A DNA stretch of 64,000 nt from Squalus acanthias (lineage: Eukaryota), in the NCBI GenBank assembly GCA_030390025.1, contig CM059431.1, positions 102,550,001-102,614,000 of the forward strand, given 5' to 3'. Shown piece after piece: positions 12,068 to 23,395 of the stretch. The notes beneath the pieces are model-generated. The model searched no databases, had not been told where the DNA came from, and saw nothing but the letters and a program-made list of their open reading frames with translations. The translations under genes were made by a program, and so were the position numbers. Position 1 is the stretch's first letter. Each line of letters starts with the position of its first letter.

Positions 12068-14791
12068 ATCACTGGTGGGAGTAGTTTATAGCCCCCCAAA
12101 CTATAGTAGCTATACCAATGGACAGAGTATTAATCAACAAATAATAGGAGCTTGTAACAAAGGTAATACAATAATCATGGGGAACTTTAATCTTCATATA
12201 GACTGGGCAAATCAAATTGGCAAAGGTAGTCTGGAGGACGAGTTCATGGAATGCATTCAAGACAGTTTCCTAGAACAATACGTCATGGAACCAATCAGGG
12301 AACAGGCTATTTTGGATCTTGTATTGTTGTAATGAGACAGGGTTAATTAGTAATCTCATAGTAAAGGATCCTCTGGGGAGGAGTGATCATAATATTATAG
12401 AATTTCACATTGAGTTTGAGAGTGAAATACTTCAGTCCGAAACGAGAGTCTTAAACTTAAATAAAGCCAATTACATAGGTATGAGGGGCGAGTTAGCTAA
12501 GGTAGATTGGGAAATTAGATTAAAAGGTATGACGGTAGATAAGCAGTGGCAAACATTTAAAGAAATATTCCAAAATTCTAAATGAAAATACATTCCATTG
12601 AGAAATAAAAACTCCATGGGAAAAGTAATCCATCCGTGGCTAACTAAAGAAGTTAAGGATAGTCTTAGATTAAAAGAAGAGGCTTATAATGTTATGAAGA
12701 ATAGTAGTAAGCCTGAGGATTGGGAGAGCTTTAGAAACCAGCAAAGGATAACCAAAAGTTGATAAAGTGGGAGAAAATAGATTATGAGAGTAAACTAGCA
12801 AGAAATATAAAAGCAGATTGTAAGAGCTTCAACAAGTATGTAAAAAGGAAGAGAGTAGCAAAAGTAAACATTGGTCCCTGAGAGGCTGAGACAGGTGAAA
12901 TTATAATGGGGAATAAGGAAATGGCAAAGACTTTAAACAAATATTTTGTATCTGTCTTCACAGTAGAAGACACAAAAAGCATACCAAAATAGTGGGGAAC
13001 CAAGGGACTAAAGAGAGTGAGTAATTAAAGTAATTAATATCAGTAGAGAAAAAGTACTAGAGAAACTACTGGGACTAAAAGCAACAAATCCTCTGGACCT
13101 GATGGCCTACATCCTCGGATTGTAAAAGAGGTGGCTGTAGAGATAGTGGATGCATTGGTTGTGATATTCCAAAATTCCCTAGATTCTAAATCGGTCTTAG
13201 CGGATTGGAAGGTAGCAAATGTAACCCCGCTATTCAAGAAAGGAGGGAGAGAGAAAACGGGGAACTACAGGCCAGTTAGCCTGACATCAGTCGTCAGAAA
13301 AATGCTGGAATCCATTATTAAGGAAGTAGTAACAGGGCACTTAGAAAATCATAATATGATTAGCCAGAGTCAACATGGATTAATGAAAGGGAAATCATGT
13401 TTAACAAATTTATTAGCGTTTATTGAGAATATAACTAGCAGGTAGATAAAGGGGAACCAGTGGATGTAATATATTTGGATTTCCAAAAGGCATGCGATAA
13501 GGTGCCACATAAAAGGTTGCTATGCAAGATAAGGGCTCATGGGATTGTGGGTAATATAGTAGCGTGGATAGAGGATTGGTTAAAGGACAGAAAACAGAGA
13601 GTAGGGATAAATGGGTCATTTTCCAGTTGGCAGGCTGTAACTAGTGGGGTTCCGCAAGGGTCAGTGCTTAGGCCTCAGCTATTTTCAATCTATATGAATG
13701 ACTTAGATGAAGAGGCCGAGTAATTTATCCAAGTTTGCTGATGATACAAAGCTAGGTGGAAAAATAAGCTGTGAGGAGGACACAAAGAGCCTGCAAAGGG
13801 ATATAGGCAGGTTCAGTGAGTGGGCAGTAAGGTGGCAGATGGAGTATAATGTGGGGAAATGTGAAGTTATTCACTTTGGTAGGAAGAACAGAAAAACAGA
13901 ATATTTTTTAAATGGTGAGAAACTATTAAATGTTGGTGTTCAGAGAGATTCAGGTGTCCTCGTACAGGAAACACGGATTTAGCATGCGGATACAGCAAGC
14001 AATTAGGAAGGCAAATGGCATGTTGGCCTTTATTGCAAGGGGGTTGGAGTATAAGAGTAAGGAAGTCTTACTACAATTGTACAGGGCTTTGGTGAGACCA
14101 CACCTGGAGTACTGTGCACAGTTTTGGTCTCCTTATCTGAGGAGGATATACTTGCCTTAGAGGCGGTGCAACGAAGGTTCACTAGATTGACTCCTGGGAT
14201 GAGAGGGTTGTCCTATGAGCAGAAATTGAGCAGATTGGGCTAATACTCTCTCGAGTTTAGAAGAATGAGGGGTGATCTCATTGAAACATATAAGATTCTG
14301 AGAGGGATTGACAGGGTAGATGCTGAGAGGTTGTTTCCTCTGGCTGGAGAGTCTAGAACCAGGGGGCATAGTCTCAGGATATGGGGTCGGCCATTTAAGA
14401 CTGAGATGAGGAGGAATTTCTTCACTCAGAGGGTTGTGAGTCTTTGGAATTCGCTACCCCAGAGGGCTGTGAATACTGAGTCGTTGAGTATATTCAAGAC
14501 TGAGATCGATAGACTTTTGGACTCTAGGGGAATCAATGGAATGAGGATCGGGTGGGAAAGTGGAGTTGAGGTCGAAGATCAGCCATGATCTTATTGAATG
14601 GCGGAGCAGGCTTGGGGGGCCGAATGGCTGACTCCTGCACCTATTTCTTATGTTTTTATACAGATCATCCATTATCTGATAGAATGGCAGGACAGGCTCG
14701 AGAGGCTGAATGGTCTTCTCCTGTTCCTATGTTCCTATGTAAATACATTCTCACTTGTAGCATCATTTTAAAAAAACAATGTAAAATATTT

Positions 14792-15029
14792 GAAATAAAA
14801 ACAGAAAATGCTGGAAATACTCAGCAGGTCAGGCAGCATCTGTTGAGAGAGAAACAGAGTTAACGTTTCAGGTCGATGACCCTTCTGGCCAGTTCTGACG
14901 AAGGGTCATCGACCTGAAACGTTAACTCTGTTTCTCTCTCCACAGATGCTGCCTGACCTGCTGAGTATTTCCAGCATTTTCTGTTTTTATTTCAGATTTC
15001 CAGCATCCGCAGTATTTTGCTTTTGTATT
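14792..15029 (+). mobile_element. Penelope-like hairpin insertion (family A)
   Basis: Inverted arms of about 95 bp (14792-14885 and 14900-14994) plus a unique 3' tail. TSD AATGTAAAATATTT at 14778-14791 and 15030-15043. Contains a hammerhead core. Confidence 0.8.
14891..14927 (+). ncRNA. Minimal type I hammerhead ribozyme motif
   Basis: AGUU-CUGACGA-A-GGGUC(AUC)GACCU-GAAA-CGUU-AACU, with stem I AGUU/AACU, a 5-bp stem II and a palindromic AACGUU stem III. Confidence 0.7.
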
Positions 15030-15540
15030 AATGTAAAATATTTATTTACTATCTCCATCACGCCTTCATTCCCACAATGACTCATTCCTTCATCTAAGTT
15101 GCCGTTCCCTCTCTTCAATTTAAAAAAAAAACTTTTTATAGGTTTATAAAGCCTTTACTATTTCCTTGCATATTAGAAAGAAAAGGAAAAAGACTTGCAT
15201 TTATATAGCGCCTTTCATGACCTCAGAATGTTTAAAAGCGCTTTACAGCCAATGAAGTACTTTTTTTTTTGAAGTGTAGTCACTGTTGTAATGTAGGAAT
15301 TATCTGCTAGCCTTTTTACATAGGCCCTCTATTCTCCCTCTTCACCAGCCTACTACACTTTCTATATTCCTCATGATTATCTTTAGTATTGTTAGCCCTA
15401 ATTGTATCCAATTGTACAGTCTTAATTTCTCTAGTTATCCATGGAATTTATCTTTGATGTATCCTCTTTTACACCTTCTATTAGAAAATTTCACATCGCT
15501 GATTAGTTTGCCTTTTTGCCTCGTTAACTTTGGCCAAATC

Positions 15541-15680
15541 ATAAGAACATAAGAATTAGTAGCAGGAGTCGGCCATTCGCCCCCCTCGATACTGCTCCAC
15601 CATTCAATAAGATCATGGCTGATCTTCGACCTCAGCTCCACCTTCCCGCCCGATCCCCAGATCCCTAGATTCCCTTATCT
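15541..15680 (-). mobile_element. CR1 3' end fragment
   Basis: CATAAGAACATAAGAA tail plus GCCATTCG...ATCATGGCTGATC 3'UTR. Confidence 0.8.
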
Positions 15681-16078
15681 TAGCCGAATCTTGCCTTTTT
15701 CTAGTCCACCACCCTTATCTTTGACCCTTAATTATCCTTTTCTAGTCTTACATTAAACCTGACCATGTAATGGTTGCTATTTCCCAATTATTATCCTACT
15801 CTGCCATCAGTTATCATTGCCAATAACTAAAATCACCTTTACATGAAGAAAGCTGTGTCACGAGTTTGCTTTGGCAACAAAGCAGTTTTCCACATTTCGT
15901 ACGGCCTCCGTCATTGCGAAGCGTATTGCTGGCAAGATGCCTGGGAAATCATGACTTTGAGGCTATTTAACTCCATTAGCGTACTTCTGGATTCCTCGAG
16001 TATTATTTGTGCAAGGCCACCGCTGTGCCGATACTTCCCCAAGTCAAAATCGAACGGAAAGGCTTTCATAGACTCAGA

Positions 16079-16845
16079 GGGGGAGAAATTGGGTACCTTT
16101 GCACCTCCTGTTATCGCCTCCGGGGGGCGATAACGGGGCGCTAACCACTTACCGCCCGGGTGTGGCGAGAATATCGCCTCCCGCTAAATTCGGCGGGAGG
16201 TTTGCGGCGGCCGTACGGCGTTGCGCCCGGATCACCTTCGCCCGGAGATCGTGATGTCATCGCTGTGCGCATCGGCCCGGTTGCGCCCCGGACCTTAACT
16301 TCGGTTCCGCCCCCTGCAGCATCGCCGGGCGACGACACCGGCAGCTGCAGGAGGCGTCGATCGGGAGGCCGGGCGCTTCGGGGGGGGGGGGGGGCGCGGT
16401 GGGGGCGGAAGTTAAATGGGAGGTGGCCGAGATAAGTGCCTAAATTTTTCAAATGGTTTTGGTCATTTCTTTCCTGCTTCTCCTGGGCCGCCATCGATCA
16501 GCCCGGCACTGTGCTGGAGTGCGTGGGGCTGATGGAGTCGGATCGCTACTGCCGTCTGGGACCAGCTGACTGGTCCCAATACAGAGCCTGCAGCGATGGC
16601 CCTTCCCTTTAAGGGAGGGAAGGAGCCTCGGAACGCGGCAGCGCTGCACGGCCCATTGCCCCCGCCTGCGTCCTTTAGCGCTCCTGGAAGGAAGTGGCGT
16701 GCTTGATTTAGCGCTCCACTTCCTTCCTGGAGCGCTAAACCCAATTTCGTGAAAGCTGGGAATCATTAGCACCTGGCGCTAAGTTTCCCAGCTTTCAAAG
16801 GTTACCCCCCCCCCCCCAAACGGGGCGATAATGAATTTCTCCCCC
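16079..16845. mobile_element. Harbinger-type MITE
   Basis: Perfect 12-bp TIRs GGGGGAGAAATT / AATTTCTCCCCC. Flanks AGA and ATA suggest a 3-bp TSD with one mismatch. CpG-rich and non-coding. Confidence 0.8.
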
Positions 16846-17069
16846 ATAGAATCTCACAGCGCTTCCACCACCCTTACAGGCACTGCGTTCCAGATCACAA
16901 TAACTCGCTGAGTATTAAAATTTCTCCTCATCTCACCTCTGGCTTTTTTGCCTTATTTACTCTATCAAAACCCTTTAAGATTTTGAACACCTCCAGTAAA
17001 TCTCCCCCTAAACGTCTCTGCACTAAGGGGAACAGCCCTCTAGAAAGAGTCCAAATCTGTGTATAAAAA

Positions 17070-17418
17070 AAAAGAGACTTGCATTTATATGGGGCCTTTC
17101 AAGACCTCAGGACGTCCCAAAGTGCTTTACAGCCAATGAAGTACTTTTTGAAGTGTCATCAAGGTTGTAATGTAGGAAAGGCGGTAGCCAATTGACGCAC
17201 AGCAAGCTCCCACAAAGAGCAATGTGATCATGGCCAGATAATCTGTTTCAGTGATGTTGGTTGAGGGATAAATATTGGCCAGGACACCTTCTTCGAAATC
17301 GTGGCCGTGGGATCTTTTACCTCCACCTGAGAGAGCAGACGGGGCCTCGTTTTACCGTCTCATCCGAAAGACGGCCCCTCCGACAGTGCAGCGCTCCCTC
17401 AGCGCGGCACTGGGAGTG
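17070..17418 (-). mobile_element. DeuSINE (SacSINE1-like), 5'-truncated
   Basis: Reverse complement has the Deu-domain-like GCCGTCTTTCGGATGAGACG...AAAAGATCCCACGGC and the L2-type tail ATATAAATGCAAGTCT. Confidence 0.8.
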
Positions 17419-17875
17419 AATAAACTAGAAATTGTAAGGAGGGAGAAGTGAGTTAGCAGAGAATGAAAATTCACGTATTTACTTAAAAACAGTGCGACTT
17501 GTCTATGAAGCCCATAAAGGATTGGATCTCACAGATCAATGAAACTGCTTTCTAGAGAAGTGAAATCTAAATGTGCCTCCTACATCAATGGAGGCCGATG
17601 CCTCCAGTCATAAACCACATAATCTCTGTCTGCATGCTGACTGCATCCCTTAATTACACTTTTTAAAAGCAGTCATTGCAGTGACAGGAAACAGTCAGTC
17701 TCAGGATCCCAATCTTCCCTGTGAACCGAGCTGCGAGCTGCAGGTCAGGCTCGAGATCAAAGTGCTCAGTAAGTTTAGGTTCAGCTGCAGTTCAGGAAGT
17801 TAACTTCACGATCATTGTAGTTAGTGACTGCGCACAGTACCAAGACGGTGCGTCACCATCGGTTAGGGTGACCAG

Positions 17876-18029
17876 CAATGCTCCCCTGTAAGCTGCTCGC
17901 TTCTGCAGCTCCCGCGCAGCCGGCTCACCCGTTTATAAAGAGGAAAAACCACGCCTGCGCTGTATTTTGAATAGGCCGCGCAGCCTCTTAAAGGGGCCGC
18001 GCACCCCAAGAAAATTAAAGGGAACATTG
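17876..18029. mobile_element. Small hAT-type MITE inserted in the end of another hAT element
   Basis: TIRs CAATGCTCCC / GGGAACATTG and an 8-bp TSD GTGACCAG / GTGACCAT. The host element begins TAGGGTGACCA at 17864. Confidence 0.7.
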
Positions 18030-18170
18030 GTGACCATACATCCCCCGTTTTCCGGGGACAGTCCCTGGATGAGGTACTGTGTTCCCGGGCAAACACCGTC
18101 CGCGGATGGGTCCACAGTTCACAAAACTCGTCCCCTAACTTTTAATTTCTCGTGTTGGAATATGATGTAC

Positions 18171-18587
18171 AACACCCACACACACACACACACACACACA
18201 CCCACACACAGACACACCCACACACACACACACACACCCACACACAGACACACACACACACACCCACACACACACCCACACACAGACACACACACACCCA
18301 CACACACACACCCACACACAGACACACCCACACACAGACACACACACACACCCACACACACACACCCACACACAGACACACACACACACCCACACACACA
18401 CACCCACACACAGACATACAGACACACACAGACACACACACACCCACACACAGACACACACACACACACACCCACACACAGACACACACACACCCACACA
18501 CACAGACACACACACACACCCACACACACACAGTCACACACACACACCCACACACACACACACCCACACACACACACACATACACCC
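18171..18587. repeat. Compound (CA)n microsatellite with CC/GA interruptions
   Basis: Directly visible. Confidence 0.98.
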
Positions 18588-19733
18588 ATTTGACCGAGTG
18601 TGACATCAAAGAACCCTAGTAAAATTGAAGTCAATGGGAATCGGGGGAAATCTCTCCACTGGCTGAAGTCATAACTAGCACAAAGGAAGATGGTTGTGGT
18701 TGTTGGAGGCCAATCATCTCAGCCCCAGGACATCGCTGCAGGAGTTCCTCAGGGCAGTGCCCTAGGCCCAACCATCTTCAGCTGCTTCATCAATGACATT
18801 CCCTCCATCATAAGGTCAGAAGTGGGGATGTTCGTTGATGATTGCACAGTGTTCAGTTCCATTCGCAACTCCCCAGATAATGAAGCAGTCTATGCCCGCA
18901 TGCAGCAAGACCTGGACGACATTAAGGCTTGGGCTAATAAATGGCAAGTAACATTCACGCCACACAAGTGCCAGGCAATGACTATCTCCAACAAGAGAGC
19001 GTCTAACCACTGTCCCTTCACATTCAACGGCACTACCATTGCCGAATCCACCAACATCAACATCCTAGGGGTCACCATTGACCAGAAACTTAACTGGACC
19101 AGCCACATAAATACTGTGGCTACAAGAGCAGGTCAGAGGCTGGGTATTCTGTGGCGAGTGTCTCACCTCCTAACTCCCCAAAGCCTTTCCACCATCTACA
19201 AGGCACAAGTCATGACTGTGATGGAATACTCTCCACTTGCCTGGATGAGTGCAGCTCCAACAACACTCAAGAAGCTCGACACCATCCAGGACAAAGCAGC
19301 CCGCTTGATCGGCACCCCATCCACCACCTGAAACATTCACTCCCTCCACCACCGGCGCACCGTGGCTGCAGTGTGTACCATCTACAAGATGCACTGCAGC
19401 AACTCGCCAAGGCTTCTTCGACAGCACCCCCCAAACCCGCGACCTCTTCCACCTAGAAGGACAAGGGCAGCAGGGGCATGGGGACACCACCACCTCCAAG
19501 TTCCCCTCCAAGTCACACACCATCCTGACTTGGAAATATATCGGCGGATCCTTCATAGTCGCCGGGTCAAAATCCTGGAACTCCCTCCCTAACAGCACTG
19601 TGGGAGCACCTTCACCACGGGGACTGCAGCAGTTCAAGAAGGCGGCTCACCACCACCTTCTCAAGGGAAATTAGGGATGGGCAATAAATGCTGGCCTTGC
19701 CAGCGACGCCCACATCCCAGGAACGAAAAAAAA
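18588..19733 (+). mobile_element. 5'-truncated LINE of a second CR1/L2-group lineage
   Basis: RT motifs GVPQGSALGP, FVDD, WQVTF and ILGVTIDQKLNW. The 3' end is GGGATGGGCAATAAATGCTGGCCTTGCCAGCGACGCCCACATCC plus an A-tail; the same tail recurs at 21612-21733. Confidence 0.85.
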
Positions 19734-20096
19734 ACCCTTTGAGTGAAGAAATTTCTCCTCCTCTCAGTCCTAAATGGCCGACGTTTTATTCTGAGACTAA
19801 GGCCTCTAGTTCTAGACACTCCAGCCAGGGGAAACATCCTCCCTGCATCCACCCTCTCAAGCCCCTTAAGAATTTTATATGTTTCAATGAGATCACCTCT
19901 CATTCTTCTAAACTCTAGGGAATACAGACCTAGTCTACTCGATCTCTCCTCATAGAACAATCCCCCCCCATCCCAGGAATCAGTCTAGTGAACCTTTGTT
20001 GCACTCCCTCTAAGGCAGGTATATGATTTCTTAGGTAAGGAGAGCATGAATGTACACAGTACTCCAGGTGTGGTCTCATCAAGGCCCTGTATAATT
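19734..20096 (-). mobile_element. CR1 ORF2 C-terminal fragment
   Basis: LYRALMRPHLEYCV...RMRGDLIETYKIL...RNFFTQRV. Confidence 0.85.
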
Positions 20097-20599
20097 GTAT
20101 TTTTGTTTTTTTGTTATAACGACAGAAACCAGGATATGTGACAGTGACAAAATGCCTAACGGGACAGTGGTGAGAAACCACTGTAAATACAACATGGCTC
20201 CTGTGAGTAAAACCGTTTCTGTACTACAATATTTCCTGATATTTCCCCTCTGGGCACCACTGATTGATCATAAAGGCTATGTGATTGGTGAAAAAGTGCT
20301 ATTTCTCTGCAGCTAGACTTCCCATCAATACTTACTGGTAATATGATGAATTGCACACATTCAGTTGGAGAATTTGGTCTCTCTCGCTTGTCTCCGTTGC
20401 TGTTTCTCTGTGGCTCCTCTTCTGCTTCTGTCTCTTTTTTTTTCTCCTCTCTCCTTTAATCTTCGTTTTGCTGCTTTCTCTGTTTAGTTCGTTCCTTTTG
20501 AGTGGAAGGTGCTGGCGGGCGGTGTGGTGCGAGGTGGGAGGTGGGTAAAGGATCCAATGACTCAATTGCAGTGCCACCTGGGAACACCAGAGGCAGTTC

Positions 20600-21062
20600 G
20601 AATCATAGAATCATAGAAGATAGGAGCAGGAGTAGGCCATTCGGCCCCTCTAGCCTGATCCGCCATTCAATGCGATCATGGCTGATCATCCAAATTCAGT
20701 ACCCTGTCCCTGCTTTCTCCCCATATCCCTTGATCCCTTTAGCCTTAAGAAATATATCCAACTCCTTCTTGAATCTATTTAATGAATTGGCCTCTACTGC
20801 CTTCTGTGGCAGAGAATAGCCCGAGAGGAGACCTCTTTTTACGCAGCGAGTTGTTGTGATCTGGAACGCGCTGCCTGAAAGGGCGGTGGAAGCAGATTCA
20901 ACAGTAACTTTCAAAATGGGAATTGGATAAATACTTGAAAAGGAAAAATTCGCAGGGCTCCGGGGAAAGAGACTAATTGGATAGCTTGTTCAAAAGAGCC
21001 GGCACAGGCACGATGGGCCGAATGGCCTCCTTCTGTGATGTACGATTCTGTGAATCTATGAT
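20600..21062. mobile_element. Two CR1 3' ends back to back (20600-20818 minus, 20820-21062 plus)
   Basis: Both show the CR1 C-terminal coding and 3'UTR pattern with 8-bp repeat tails. Confidence 0.8.
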
Positions 21063-21189
21063 TCAGCGCCAATTACAGCTAAATTCACCAGAAAAATACT
21101 GGGAATGCCCAGCGGATCAGTCGGTATCTATAAAGAGACAAAGCAAGTTATGATGCTTCACGTGATGTGTCTTTTGGTCTGATTAGAAC

Positions 21190-21790
21190 GAAAGAAAGAA
21201 AGACTTGCATTTTTATAGCGCCTTCCATGACCACCGGACGTCCCAAAGCGCTTTACAGCCAATGAAGTGCTTTTTGAAGTGTAGTCACTGTTGTAATGTG
21301 GGAAACGCGGCAGCCAATCTGCGCACAGCAAGATCCCACAGACAGCAATGTGATAATGGCCAGATAATCTGTTTTAGTGATGTTGGTTGAGGGATAAATA
21401 TTGGCCCCAGGACACCGGGGATAACTCCCCCCTGCTCTTCTTTGAAATAGTGCCACGGGATCTTTTATGTCCACCTGTGAGGGCAAATGGGGCCTCGGTT
21501 TTAACGTCTCATCCGAAAGACGGCACCTTCGACAGTGCAGCACTCCCTCAGCACTGCACTGGGAGTGTCAGGTAGATTTTTGTGCTCAAGTCTCTGGAGT
21601 GGGACTTGCACCACACGGACTGCAGCGGTTCAGGAAGGCGGCTCACCACCACCTTCTCGAGGGCAATTAGGGATGGGCAATAAATGCTGACCTTGCCAGC
21701 AACGCCCACATCCCATAAACGAATTAAAGAAAACCCCCACAACCTTCTGACTCAGAGGTGAGGGTGCTACCCACTGAGCCACGGCTGACA
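21190..21790 (-). mobile_element. Full-length DeuSINE interrupted by a LINE 3' end (21612-21733)
   Basis: tRNA-like head at 21738-21790, Deu domain, and a (TCTT)n tail at 21190-21205. Confidence 0.8.
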
Positions 21791-22119
21791 GGGTAAAACA
21801 CACCTGAAATGTCAAAAAACCTTGTCTTTTCCCTTTACAAATGCTGATTGTTTTTGCTCTGCGTCTCCAGGATTTTCTGTTTCTTATTCCCTGGTTTCCA
21901 GCCTTTGCAGTTATTATTTTTCTTTTCATTTTAGCTAATTTAAACAGCTTACTGCCAAACAGCTGTTGCTCTCTAGATCGCCATACAGAAAACAAAATGA
22001 ACTTGCAAAATTGTTATGCTGATCACAGTAAGATACGAAACCAAGCGAGGAATCTTATTTAAGCTCCTAAGGCAAATGTAAAAATGGAGTGTTCCCGTAT
22101 CTGTGGTTCATGCAGCCCC

Positions 22120-22396
22120 GATTTTAATCACTTCACCACTGGCGGTCGTGCCTTCAGCTGCCTGGGCCCCAAGCTCTGGAATTCCCTCCCTAAACTTTTC
22201 GGCCTCTCTACCTCTCTCTCCTCCTTTTAAGACGCTCCTTAAAACCTACCTCTTTGACCAAGCTTTTGGTCATCTGTCCTAATGTCGCCTTATGTGGCTC
22301 AGTGTCAAATTCTGTCTGATAATCGCTCCTGTGAAGCAGCTTGGGATGTTTTACTACGTTAAAGACTCAATATAAATGCAATTTGTTGTTGTTGTT
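22120..22396 (+). mobile_element. L2 3' end
   Basis: GCCTTCAGCTGCCTGGGCCCCAAGCTCTGGAATTCC...ATAAATGCAA followed by (TTG)n. Confidence 0.85.
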
Positions 22397-23007
22397 AGTT
22401 GAAAATGATGCGACAACATTGCTACGACGTGTTCTAAAGCAATACACCAACCAAAAGTCGGAGGCCCAGAATTGAAACAGTTCCTCAGACTCAGTGTTAA
22501 GGGCCATGCAATTTGCTTTTATCTTTCCAGCAGATTTGAAAGCTGTTACTCCAATTAGATTCACCATTCATACAAGCCTCGGAAACACTGCGGGCCATTG
22601 GGCCTGGTAACAATTATAGAATTTACTTAACGTAAGAAGAACCAGTCATTGCTTTAACTGCCTGCGACTGCACGTATGGCTGGACCTCACGTAGGCAACC
22701 GTTTCTGGCAAATGAGTCTGCCAGGTATTTGCAGCAGGTTCATGCTGAGGACATCAACTTCCTTGTCAAGGGAAAATGATTTATTGATAGGTACGAGCAA
22801 TAATCAAAAGCAGCTGTGGGATTCTACCATTCAAATAGTCAACCCGAGATAAAAATGGGGGGGGGGGGGGTACTCCTTGGTTTAATGGTTGCACAAAGAT
22901 TGGCATCATGTCGATGACATGTAGAGTCAAGAGTGAATTGGATTGGATTGACCTCCAAAAGACCTGGGGTTAGGACTGGTGTCTTACGGTCAGCAGTGTG
23001 GGGCAAG

Positions 23008-23395
23008 TAAGGTGGCCAACTCTGATTTGGACGTATTCCTGGAGGTTTCATCAGGTGACCTCCTGCCTCCAACCGCCCCGCCCCCACACTCCCGCCATTG
23101 GTCACCCGACACTTCCATCCTCGCGGTGCCCCGCCTTCCCTCGTCAATCGGAAAGCGAACGACTCTTTGTTAGCGGATTTCCCGTGGTTACGGTCGCAAC
23201 AAAGAATTGTTAGGTCCTGCAACAATAACCTCCACGTGATTCAGGCCCAAGTGCTTTTAAACAACAAGCTTTAATATAAATTGACTAACAACAGTATTGT
23301 TTTTATACAACTGTTCTACAGCAAAGCACGCTGGGATACTTGACCATTTAAACCACTTTAACATATTCTAACACTTCATTACCTGATTGGATGAT
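23008..23395. mobile_element. hAT-type MITE fragment (TAGGGTTGCCAAC family) carrying a solo LTR
   Basis: Aligns with the reverse complement of 40257-40702 and with 47116-47400. Interrupted at 23168-23373. Confidence 0.7.
23168..23373 (-). mobile_element. Solo LTR (206 bp); partial copies at 23579-23760, 31838-31950 and 35363-35396
   Basis: Termini TGTTAG...CTAACA. CTCTT lies to the left (23163-23167) and also after the 35396 copy. The sense-oriented copy at 23579-23760 shows GTATAAAAA followed by ATTAAA. Confidence 0.7.

Larger units (their letters stand above)
6523..14655 (+). mobile_element. Near full-length degenerate CR1 (HER1-like) LINE with nested insertions
   Basis: Ordered 5'UTR, ORF1 (7651-~8602), ORF2 fragments ([43 protein letters not shown]) and a CR1 tail. 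Many stops and frameshifts. Interrupted at 6739-7611 and 9087-12067. Confidence 0.9.

Noticed and set aside
12068..12099. N-terminal MGGYKLLPPV of the 970-aa ORF
   Set aside because: Read-through into the antisense strand of the host CR1; not part of the inserted element.
14792..14994. DNA-transposon MITE interpretation of the long palindromes
   Set aside because: The arms are asymmetric with a unique tail, TSDs are 9-14 bp and variable, and hammerhead cores are present, which fits Penelope-like retroelements better.
17967..18634. His/Thr-rich and Cys/Val-rich ORFs
   Set aside because: Translations of the (CA)n microsatellite.
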